Source of the DNA: Bacteroidia bacterium
GTDB taxonomy: Bacteria; Bacteroidota; Bacteroidia; M30B66
DNA: 32,000 nt
Direction of reading: 5' to 3'
NCBI GenBank assembly: GCA_018401705.1
Contig: JAGYKL010000001.1
Span: 66,346-98,345 of the forward strand
A program made the position numbers and the translations under genes. Positions within the stretch are counted from its first letter, which is position 1; each line of letters begins with the position of its first letter. Below are positions 10,101 to 17,473 of the stretch, piece after piece. The notes beneath the pieces were generated by a model. The model did not search any database and had not been told where the DNA came from. It worked only from the letters and a program-made list of their open reading frames with translations.

Positions 10101-11011
10101 GATTGAGCTTGAGATTGAATTCGCTTTCCTGGCGAATTTGAAGCAGTTATAAAGTACCAGGTAGTATCGCAATAGATGTTTCTTTGTGGTTGAAAAATTC
10201 CTTTAACATTATCATAAGTCCAGTCAACAGGACCTTGTGCATAGAAAAGAATAAAGTCAGATGCATCAAAATTGCCATCACTTTCTCCCTCAAAATAAAT
10301 AGCATTTTCAGCTAAATCATCAGGATAATATTCATTATTCCTTTCAGGAAGCATAGCTCCTCCATTTCCAAATAGTCGGATATTTCTTGGATCGCCGGCT
10401 ACATTTATTCCGTAGCTAGCAAGAACATCTCTAGTTAATTTATAAACCCCAGAATTTGTTACACCTATTTTAATCCACTGACCAGAGCTCAAAACAGACT
10501 CGGTTGTGGTAGATTTGGCGCGGCCAATTGCATCTGCTCTAGCTGTTTCAATGATTAATTCATAAGAAACTAACTTCTCAATACTTCCTCCATTAATTCG
10601 GAAAGGGTAAATTTTATATTCAGCATAGGCTTCTCCACGGTCGTATGCGGTTCCGAAAGAAACACTAACGTCTTTTCCTATTAAAGAATTATCGTTTAAT
10701 AAGGATTTTTCTTCCGCCGTTAAAGGTGCAAAAACAGTTTTACCAAATTGAATTGACTTTACATCATTACCATTTTTAATTCTTTTAAGTCTAAGAAGAA
10801 AGGGTAATTGAACATTCTCGTAAGAATAATGCGCTCCTTCAAAATGTATTTTTTTGGATACATCGTATTTAGAAATCTGAATTTCCTGAGGTGAAGTCCA
10901 AGCAATTGAATCAACAAGTGTAAGCACCTGAGCCTCTGAGACTAAGGAAAGGAAAAACACTCCAATTATCAGGCTAAAAAGAGGTTTAAAAAAATGAACA
11001 TTGTTCCGCAT
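7169..11011 (-). CDS. porU: T9SS sortase / C-terminal signal peptidase PorU (C25 gingipain-like)
   Basis: 1280-aa ORF with signal peptide ...FFLSLVSEAQ. Candidate catalytic His and Cys motifs NYAGHGGE and MTATCEFS are present. A retained CTD-like tail is visible (LNYPNPFTTNTQFFFEY ... YMYRLRV ... KLVILQ). The porU-porV adjacency is also consistent. Confidence 0.9.
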   Translation of the reverse strand: MRNNVHFFKPLFSLIIGVFFLSLVSEAQVLTLVDSIAWTSPQEIQISKYDVSKKIHFEGAHYSYENVQLPFLLRLKRIKNGNDVKSIQFGKTVFAPLTAEEKSLLNDNSLIGKDVSVSFGTAYDRGEAYAEYKIYPFRINGGSIEKLVSYELIIETARADAIGRAKSTTTESVLSSGQWIKIGVTNSGVYKLTRDVLASYGINVAGDPRNIRLFGNGGAMLPERNNEYYPDDLAENAIYFEGESDGNFDASDFILFYAQGPVDWTYDNVKGIFQPQRNIYCDTTWYFITASNSPGKRIQSQAQSTRNADFVVSTFDDYAVHESDEENLLKSGRRWFGNRMESGVNSHSVNFSFPNSTSGPHKLTSRLVARNTIATPYSLNVNGQTFSQTVNALGSLNYLDTFAKENETTHTINGNLNSATVTVTKGNSSSTGWIDYLIFNVTRNLTLSGSQMAFRKRENVGASNTMQYVLTNANASVQVWETTNIYDVKRQSAELVGSSLSFKADADSLREWLAVNIGGTFPSPINGGPVGNQNLHGLSNVDLIIVAPPVFVQTANQLADHHRADDDLSVVVVTPQQIYNEFSSGNQDISAIRNFVRMFYQRAQSIEDGPKSLLLFGDGSYDYKYRISNNQNWIPTYQSTESLNPIGSFCSDDFFGFLDPTEGGNIQSVGAGLMDIGIGRFPVNNVTEAAAVVNKIIHYTTSLSTMNDWRNRITFVGDDEDNGTHVNQGENVSNIITVNYPVYNIDKIYLDAYQQENGAGGQRYPQVNTDITNRIERGGLMMNYAGHGGEQSLALERVITIPEINAWQSLDNLTLFMTATCEFSRFDNPDFTSAGEYVILNPTGGGIGLFTTLRLTFSSSNEALNRNVMNVIFTEEGADNENLRLGEILRRGKNATGSSFNNRSFALLGDPAMRLAFPKYDVYTTSINGAPVTEVPDTIGALDMVTIEGIVTNSANQILEDFNGIVIPTVFDKTSTYYTLGNDPGSPVQAFRLQKNVIFRGPATVTNGRFTFSFVVPQDIQFNYDSGKISYYAKKNNSLDDAHGYTSDVIVGGFSDNPTTDDLGPQIRLYMNNEQFVDGGMTDENPVFLAYVEDDIGINTVGTGIGHDITAILDENTANPIVLNDFYEAELDNFRKGKITYPLRNLSEGEHTISLKVWDVANNSATASIRFVVINAEELALEHVLNYPNPFTTNTQFFFEYNQPGVPVDVDIQIFTVSGKSVTTLRSTQINNGYRSEPIVWNGLDDFGDRIGRGVYMYRLRVRTPDGKSAEKFEKLVILQ

Positions 11012-11019
11012 GTTAATTT

Positions 11020-11050
11020 CAAATATAGGCCCTAGAGGCTGTTTTACAAT
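11020..11050 (-). promoter_or_regulatory. candidate Bacteroidota sigma-A promoter for porU-porV-ispF
   Basis: The minus strand reads ATTG-N19-TATATTTG, a near-consensus -33 plus a consensus -7 TAnnTTTG. Only 8 nt separate the -7 box from the porU ATG at 11011. Confidence 0.4.
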
Positions 11051-11182
11051 GATTAAACTAAAATTATCGCCGTATGTTCAATCTTTATGATTGACAAAAT
11101 TCGTAGTAACATTTAGATAATAGGCAAAATAGTTTTTGAAAGAAATTAACAATTTAATGTATACTAAAGACAAATAGTTGCG

Positions 11183-11212
11183 TTTGTTTCATAAGTTTTT
11201 CTGCTACATTTG
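11183..11212 (+). promoter_or_regulatory. candidate Bacteroidota promoter for the PorP/SprF-like-gldJ unit
   Basis: TTTG (11183-11186), then N18, then TACATTTG (11205-11212), about 110 nt upstream of the ATG at 11322. Confidence 0.3.
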
Positions 11213-11344
11213 TGCTCGAGGCAACAAACGGTGTGTTTCTTACATTATTGTCACAGGTTGATAATTCATTGTTTGTAACACCAATTTGGAGCTTGCGTTA
11301 TATTGAATTAAATTCGTGAAGATGTTTAAAGGTATATACCGTTA

Positions 11345-12283
11345 TTGCTAATTTTAATCTCGGCTTTGCCGGAAGCAAAAGCTCAGGATCCGCAGTTCAC
11401 ACAGTTCTATGCGAATCCTCTGTATTTGAACCCTGCATTCGCCGGATCAGCACGCTGCCCTCGCTTTGTATTGAATTACAGAAATCAATGGCCGGCTATC
11501 CCGGGCAATTTCGTTACGTACAGCGCTTCATATGACCAGCACTTTGATGGCTTAAATGGCGGTTTGGGGATTCTTGTAACAAACGACGTTGCTGGCGAAG
11601 GCACATTAAATACACTTAATGCAAGTGCTATTTATTCTTATCACTTAGAAGTTAGTAGGAACTTTTCAATTAAAGCAGGTTTTCAGGCAACATATGCACA
11701 AAGAACACTAGATTGGAATAAATTAACTTTTGGTGACCAAATTGATTCTCGCTACGGATTTATCTATGCAACTCAAGAAGTTTTCGGACCTAATTCAGTT
11801 AATTTCGTTGATTTTAGTGCTGGTATCTTAGGGTATAGCGAAAATTTCTTCTTTGGTTTTGCAGCGCATCACTTAACACAACCTGATCAGTCATTTTTAG
11901 TACCTACAAGTCGTCTCCCAATGAAATTCACGGGTCATACAGGAGCTGTTATTCCATTAGGTAAAAAGACAAGATTTAACGATCCTGCCAAAATTTCTCC
12001 AAACATTTTATTCCAACAACAACAAGATTTTCGCCAAATTAATTTGGGAATGTACTTTCAGAAAAGCCCTTTTGTTGCTGGTCTTTGGTATAGAAACAAA
12101 GACGCATTTATTGTACTTGTTGGGCTTCAACAAGGCATCTTTAAATTCGGATATAGTTATGACGTAACTGTATCTCGATTAACTAACGCTACTGCTGGCG
12201 CTCACGAAGTTTCTTTTGCCATGCAAATAGAATGTAAACCTAAAAAGAAGAGATACAGAACAATAAACTGTCCTTCATTTTAG
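11345..12283 (+). CDS. PorP/SprF-family T9SS membrane protein
   Basis: The mature N-terminus AQDPQFTQFYANPLYLNPAFAG is the hallmark of the PorP/SprF family (TIGR03519-like), and the ~310-aa length fits a beta-barrel. The track start is a TTG that gives a signal peptide with no charged n-region. An ATG at 11322 lies in another frame (see findings). Confidence 0.85.
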   Translation: MLILISALPEAKAQDPQFTQFYANPLYLNPAFAGSARCPRFVLNYRNQWPAIPGNFVTYSASYDQHFDGLNGGLGILVTNDVAGEGTLNTLNASAIYSYHLEVSRNFSIKAGFQATYAQRTLDWNKLTFGDQIDSRYGFIYATQEVFGPNSVNFVDFSAGILGYSENFFFGFAAHHLTQPDQSFLVPTSRLPMKFTGHTGAVIPLGKKTRFNDPAKISPNILFQQQQDFRQINLGMYFQKSPFVAGLWYRNKDAFIVLVGLQQGIFKFGYSYDVTVSRLTNATAGAHEVSFAMQIECKPKKKRYRTINCPSF

Positions 12284-12302
12284 TTCTTTATGCATCCTTT
12301 CT

Positions 12303-13823
12303 ATGAAATTCTTACATCCAAAACCAATACATATGGTTGCTAAAACCGGAAAGTCTTTAACACTTGGACTACTTGCTTTAACAGGAATTGCACTTCAATC
12401 TTGTTCAAAAGATACATCCAACGCTACTGGCTGGGAATACAATAACCCAAAGAATGGTGGTTATCTTAAAGTCGATTATGGCGAACAAGAAACAGGACCA
12501 GGTCTCGTACTCATTGAAGGAGGTACTTTCACAATGGGTAGAACTGAACAGGAGATTCAATATGATTGGGATAATATTCCAAGAAGAGTTACAGTTTCTT
12601 CATTCTATATGGATGAAACCGAAATAACGAACCAATACTACAGAGACTATCTGTACTGGCTTCAAAGAACATATGATGTTGATTATCCAGATGTTTCTTT
12701 AAAAGCTTTACCGGATACCTTGGTATGGAGAAATAAGTTGGCGTATAACGAACCTTACGTTGAATACTACTTTCGCCACCCCGCATACAAAGATTATCCA
12801 GTTGTAGGTGTAAACTGGCTTCAGGCCAACGATTACTGTGCATGGAGAACTGACCGTGTAAACGAAGCAATTTTGATTCGTGAAGGTGTTCTTAAAATGG
12901 ACGCCGTTGGTCAAGTTGCCGATAATCACTTTAATACTGATGCTTATTTTGCGGGACAATATGAAGGTGTTATCAAAGCAGAACCTGTTGACTTAGATCC
13001 TAGCAAAGGTGACGGAGCTACTCGTAAAGTTAAAATGGAAGATGGTATTCTTCTTCCTCGATACAGACTTCCAACTGAAGCTGAATGGGAATTTGCTGCA
13101 ATTGGCTTAATTGGTAATACTACCGAAGAACTTATAACAGAACGTCGACTTTACCCTTGGAATGGACATATTGTTCGTAATGCGGATGATAGCTTTAAAG
13201 GTGAAATGATGGCTAACTTTAAAAGAGGTCGTGGTGATAACATGGGTACAGCAGGTAAACTTAATGATAATGCCGATGTAACTGCTCCTGTTACTTCTTA
13301 TTGGCCAAACGATTATGGTCTTTACAACATGGCCGGTAACGTTTCTGAGTGGGTAATGGATGTTTATCGTCCACTTACTTCAGAAGATGAGTCTGACTTC
13401 AGAGCCTTCAGAGGTAACGTTTATAAGACTGTTGTTAGAAATGAAGACAATACGATTGCTGATAAAGATTCTCTTGGTAAAATTAAATTCCGTAACGTAA
13501 CAGAAGAAGAAAGCGCAGATCGCAGAAACTACCGTAAAGCTGATAATATCAATTATCTTGACGGTGATGCTGAATCGAGTACTTCTTACGCTTCTGGTGA
13601 AGATGCAGAACTTGATAAAATCATGTACGAATTTGGAGCATCGTCAATGATTACAAATCGCTCACGTGTATATAAAGGAGGTTCCTGGAAAGACAGAGCT
13701 TATTTCCTTGCTCCTGGAACAAGAAGATTCTTGGATGAACGTCAGTCTACTGATTACATCGGTTTTAGATGTGCTATGACCAGAGTTGGTAGCCCAGTTG
13801 GATTAGGCTCTGCCCGTAGATAA
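12303..13823 (+). CDS. gldJ: gliding motility lipoprotein GldJ (SUMF1/FGE-like fold)
   Basis: Lipoprotein signal ...LTGIALQSC followed by SKDTSNATGWEYNNPKNGGY. FGE/SUMF1-type segments are present (GGTFTMG, YRLPTEAEWEFAA, GLYNMAGNVSEWV, YKGGSWKD, IGFRCA). The gldJ-murF synteny matches F. johnsoniae. The start could instead be the ATG at 12333. Confidence 0.9.
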   Translation: MKFLHPKPIHMVAKTGKSLTLGLLALTGIALQSCSKDTSNATGWEYNNPKNGGYLKVDYGEQETGPGLVLIEGGTFTMGRTEQEIQYDWDNIPRRVTVSSFYMDETEITNQYYRDYLYWLQRTYDVDYPDVSLKALPDTLVWRNKLAYNEPYVEYYFRHPAYKDYPVVGVNWLQANDYCAWRTDRVNEAILIREGVLKMDAVGQVADNHFNTDAYFAGQYEGVIKAEPVDLDPSKGDGATRKVKMEDGILLPRYRLPTEAEWEFAAIGLIGNTTEELITERRLYPWNGHIVRNADDSFKGEMMANFKRGRGDNMGTAGKLNDNADVTAPVTSYWPNDYGLYNMAGNVSEWVMDVYRPLTSEDESDFRAFRGNVYKTVVRNEDNTIADKDSLGKIKFRNVTEEESADRRNYRKADNINYLDGDAESSTSYASGEDAELDKIMYEFGASSMITNRSRVYKGGSWKDRAYFLAPGTRRFLDERQSTDYIGFRCAMTRVGSPVGLGSARR

Positions 13824-13846
13824 GTTTTTAAATAAAAAATATTTTC

Positions 13847-13884
13847 AAACCCCGTAAGATTTATTTTTACGGGGTTTCTTTTTT
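13847..13884 (+). terminator. rho-independent terminator after gldJ
   Basis: An 11-bp stem, AAACCCCGTAA (13847-13857) pairing with TTACGGGGTTT (13867-13877), encloses a 9-nt loop and is followed by a T-rich tract running to 13884. The murF ATG starts at 13885. Confidence 0.7.
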
Positions 13885-15201
13885 ATGACACAGTCTATTC
13901 ATATACTTTATAAGCACTATCAGAACTTTCCTAGAATTTGCACTGATAGCCGTTCTCCAATTAAAGGCAGTATTTTCTTTGCTTTAAGCGGACCTAGTTT
14001 TAACGGTAATAAATTCGCAGCTCAAGCCCTTGCGGGCGGATGTGAATTTGCTGTAATTGACGACATTGCTTACCAAGCAGATGAAAGATATATTTTGGTT
14101 AAAGATACCTTGTTGAGCCTTCAGCAATTAGCCAATTTTCATAGAAACCAACTAAAAACAAGAATTATTGCTATTACAGGTTCTAACGGAAAAACAACTT
14201 CGAAAGAACTTCTTAGAAATGTCTTGCAAAAAAAGTTCAATACATACGCCACACGAGGCAATCTCAATAATCATATTGGCGTTCCCCTAACCTTGCTTGA
14301 ACTAAGCAAAGAAACGGAGATTGCAATAATTGAAATGGGAGCATCAAAGCAAGGTGATATTAAAGAATTGGTCGATATCGCAGAACCTGACTTTGGTTTA
14401 ATTACCAATATTGGAAAGGCTCACCTTGAAGGAATGGGTGGAATTGAAGGTGTTATTAAAACGAAAACTGAACTTTACGATTTTATAAGATCTCGAAATT
14501 TGCAAGTGTTTGTGAACACCTTGCATTCTGTATTTACTCAAAAAGCCGAAGGGATTAGTCAGATTACTTATGGAGAAAATCAATCAGATGATGTTATTGG
14601 GTATTTTCATTCATCTGACCCATTCGTAAAATTTAGCTGGAAAAGCAACAAAAATGAAACATCTGAAAACAATCTTCCCATTATTTCAAGTAAACTAATT
14701 GGAAGATACAATTACGAGAACTTACTTGCAGCAGCTTGTGTAGGGAATTTCTTCGAGGTTTCGACCTCTGAAATTAATCAGGCACTTGAAGAATATACTC
14801 CTGACAATAACCGCTCACAAATAGTTACCACCTCATCTAACAAGATTATTCTCGATGCATACAATGCGAATCCAACAAGCATGAAAGAAGCATTGAGTAA
14901 TTTCAAAGACATGAATCATCCATCAAAAATGGTGATTCTGGGTCAAATGAATGAGTTAGGCGATGTTTCTCAGGTAGAACATCAAATTCTAACAGAAGCT
15001 GTTATGCGATTTGATTTCCAAACCATAGTCTTGATAGGAGAACCTTACAAACCGTTTGCAAAAGGACAAAACATCCATCATTTTGGCTCAACAAACGATG
15101 CTGAGTCTTGGTTAAAAGACCAAACATTTGAGAACAAGCTAATACTAATCAAAGGCTCAAGAAGTAACAAGCTGGAAAAGCTTGTTGAAGCTTTTGTCTA
15201 A
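13885..15201 (+). CDS. murF: UDP-N-acetylmuramoyl-tripeptide--D-alanyl-D-alanine ligase
   Basis: 438-aa ORF with the Mur-ligase P-loop AITGSNGKTTSKE. N-terminal ICTDSR and FFAL-G motifs and the DAYNANPTSM motif are typical of MurF. Confidence 0.9.
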   Translation: MTQSIHILYKHYQNFPRICTDSRSPIKGSIFFALSGPSFNGNKFAAQALAGGCEFAVIDDIAYQADERYILVKDTLLSLQQLANFHRNQLKTRIIAITGSNGKTTSKELLRNVLQKKFNTYATRGNLNNHIGVPLTLLELSKETEIAIIEMGASKQGDIKELVDIAEPDFGLITNIGKAHLEGMGGIEGVIKTKTELYDFIRSRNLQVFVNTLHSVFTQKAEGISQITYGENQSDDVIGYFHSSDPFVKFSWKSNKNETSENNLPIISSKLIGRYNYENLLAAACVGNFFEVSTSEINQALEEYTPDNNRSQIVTTSSNKIILDAYNANPTSMKEALSNFKDMNHPSKMVILGQMNELGDVSQVEHQILTEAVMRFDFQTIVLIGEPYKPFAKGQNIHHFGSTNDAESWLKDQTFENKLILIKGSRSNKLEKLVEAFV

Positions 15202-16337
15202 GAAAGAATACTTCTTGAAATAACTATTTTTTGTACTTCAGAAGTACCTTCGTAAATCTGAGTAATCTTGGCATCGCGCATTAGGCGCTCCACATGATAT
15301 TCCTTTACAAAACCATATCCGCCGTGTATTTGCACGGCTTCAACAGTTTGCTCCATAGCAACTTTAGATGCATACAATTTCGCCATAGCACTTGAAAGGC
15401 CGTAATCTAGTTTATTGTCTTTCTCCCAGGCTGCCTTATAAACAAGTAATCTGGCTGCTTCAATTTCAGTTGCCATATCAGCTAGTTTGAATTGAATTGC
15501 CTGATGCTGTGCAATTGGTTTTCCAAAGGCTTCTCTCACTTTGGCATATTCTAATGATAATTCATAAGCTCCGGCAGCAATTCCTAAAGCTTGAGAAGCA
15601 ATGCCTATTCTTCCACCCGATAGGGTTTTCATAGCGAACTTAAAGCCAAAGCCATCTTCGCCAATACGGTTTTCTTTGGGAACTTTTACATCATTAAACA
15701 TCAGAGTATGTGTATCCGACCCCCTGATTCCAAGCTTATTCTCCTTGGCACCGATAATAAATCCTTCCATTCCCTTTTCAACAATCAGAGCATTGATTCC
15801 GCGACTGCCTTTAGAAGCATCTGTTTGTGCTATAACTAAATAAGTTGAAGCAGAATTACCATTTGTAATCCAATTTTTAGTTCCATTAAGCAAATAATGG
15901 TCGCCCATATCAATTGCTGTAGTTCGCTGAGATGTAGCATCAGAACCAGCTTCAGGCTCAGACAAGCAAAAAGCACCGAGCTTTTCGCCTTTGGCCAAAG
16001 GCACAAGATACTTTTGCTTCTGCTCTTCGTTTGCGAAAGTTTCAAGCCCCCAGCAAACTAGAGAATTGTTTACAGATACAGCTACCGAAGTAGAAGCGTC
16101 AATCTTAGAAAGCTCCTCCATAACCAAAACATAAGAAATGGTATCCATTCCACTTCCTCCATATTTTGGATCAACCATCATTCCCATGAATCCAAGCTCA
16201 CCTAACATTTTAATCTGCTCGGCAGGAAACTGCTGCTTTTCGTCTCTTTCTATTACACCTGGAAGTAATTCATTCTGCGCGAAATCTCTCGCAGCTTTTT
16301 GTATCATCAGATGTTCTTCGGATAATTGTATTTGCAT
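15198..16337 (-). CDS. acyl-CoA dehydrogenase (short/butyryl-chain-like)
   Basis: Motifs CLSEPEAGSD, WITNG and QIYEGTSEVQ are present. The start is taken at the internal ATG 16335-16337 (MQIQLSEEHLMIQKAARDFAQ...). Its stop overlaps the murF stop (convergent). Confidence 0.9.
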   Translation of the reverse strand: MQIQLSEEHLMIQKAARDFAQNELLPGVIERDEKQQFPAEQIKMLGELGFMGMMVDPKYGGSGMDTISYVLVMEELSKIDASTSVAVSVNNSLVCWGLETFANEEQKQKYLVPLAKGEKLGAFCLSEPEAGSDATSQRTTAIDMGDHYLLNGTKNWITNGNSASTYLVIAQTDASKGSRGINALIVEKGMEGFIIGAKENKLGIRGSDTHTLMFNDVKVPKENRIGEDGFGFKFAMKTLSGGRIGIASQALGIAAGAYELSLEYAKVREAFGKPIAQHQAIQFKLADMATEIEAARLLVYKAAWEKDNKLDYGLSSAMAKLYASKVAMEQTVEAVQIHGGYGFVKEYHVERLMRDAKITQIYEGTSEVQKIVISRSILS

Positions 16338-16393
16338 GTGTCTAATTGATTGGGGCTCAAAAATAGTAGTAAATTTCAAATTGAACATACTAG

Positions 16394-17470
16394 ATGAAAC
16401 TTAGTTCACAAAACTCGCTAATTGGAATTGGATTAATGTCGGGGACTTCCTGCGATGGTATCGATTTAATTGCTGTTAACTTTGAGCAAAATCCAAAATG
16501 CATCAGCTATAATATACTAGATACCAGATTCTTAGAGTATTCTCAAGAGCAGCGCGAGAAATTACTTAAGGCTGATGAGCTTAGTGGTTTAGAGTTAAAA
16601 GTTCTTGACAATGAACTTGCAATACTTTTTTCAAAAGAAATTAACTCTTTTAAATCAGGTAAAACCTGGGAAGCTCAATTTGTAGCGTCTCACGGTCACA
16701 CTGTTTTTCATGAACCCTCACTTGGTTATACCATGCAAATTGCATCAGGGGCAACTATAGCTGCATTAACGCGATTGCCAACTGTGAGTGATTTCAGGCA
16801 AGGAGACGTGAGCTTAGGTGGTCAGGGAGCGCCTTTAGTACCTATTGGAGACCTACTCTTATTTAATGAATATGATTACTGCCTAAATCTTGGAGGTTTT
16901 GCTAATATCTCATTCAAACAAAACGATACAATTATTGCATTTGATATCTGCGCCTTGAACATTGTTATGAATGAATTGGCAATGAAAGCAGGTTTATCTT
17001 ACGATAAAGGAGGAGAACTTGCCAAAAGTGGTAAAATCATTGATAATCTGCTCGAAGAGCTAAACGCATTACCCTTTTTTGAAGCTCAAGCACCAAAAAG
17101 TTTAGGAAGAGAATGGGTTAAAGCCAACATATTCCCAATACTATTAAAATACAAAGAGCATAATTCTGCTGATTTGCTTTGCACATTTACTGAACACGCA
17201 GCTCAACAAATAGCCAAAACAATATCAGGCAAAGAATCTACTTTGCTAGTAACAGGTGGAGGCACTAAAAATGATTACCTCATTTCATGCATTAAAAAGA
17301 AAGCTTCAACCACTAAAATCAATCACTCAGAGACTGAATTGATTGATTTTAAGGAAGCCCTCATTTTCGCATTTCTCGGGTTCCTAAGAATTCAAGAAAT
17401 ACCAAATACAATAAAAGAGGTAACCGGCGCAAATAGAGAAATTTGCGCCGGAGCTATTTATTTACCCTAA
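16394..17470 (+). CDS. anmK: anhydro-N-acetylmuramic acid kinase
   Basis: 358-aa ORF. The N-terminal GLMSGTSCDGIDL motif, GGQGAPLVP and the C-terminal VTGGGTKN motif are typical of AnmK. Confidence 0.9.
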   Translation: MKLSSQNSLIGIGLMSGTSCDGIDLIAVNFEQNPKCISYNILDTRFLEYSQEQREKLLKADELSGLELKVLDNELAILFSKEINSFKSGKTWEAQFVASHGHTVFHEPSLGYTMQIASGATIAALTRLPTVSDFRQGDVSLGGQGAPLVPIGDLLLFNEYDYCLNLGGFANISFKQNDTIIAFDICALNIVMNELAMKAGLSYDKGGELAKSGKIIDNLLEELNALPFFEAQAPKSLGREWVKANIFPILLKYKEHNSADLLCTFTEHAAQQIAKTISGKESTLLVTGGGTKNDYLISCIKKKASTTKINHSETELIDFKEALIFAFLGFLRIQEIPNTIKEVTGANREICAGAIYLP

Positions 17471-17473
17471 TAA

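Noticed and set aside
12388-12959. Alternative-frame and antisense ORFs (79, 93 and 83 aa) inside gldJ
   Set aside because: They are embedded in the 506-aa GldJ ORF, which has clear family motifs. No independent support exists for them.
15601-16404. Plus- and minus-strand ORFs (80, 69 and 88 aa) overlapping the acyl-CoA dehydrogenase gene
   Set aside because: These are antisense or alternative-frame products with Pro/Ser/Ile-rich low-information sequence. The dehydrogenase frame carries all the family motifs.
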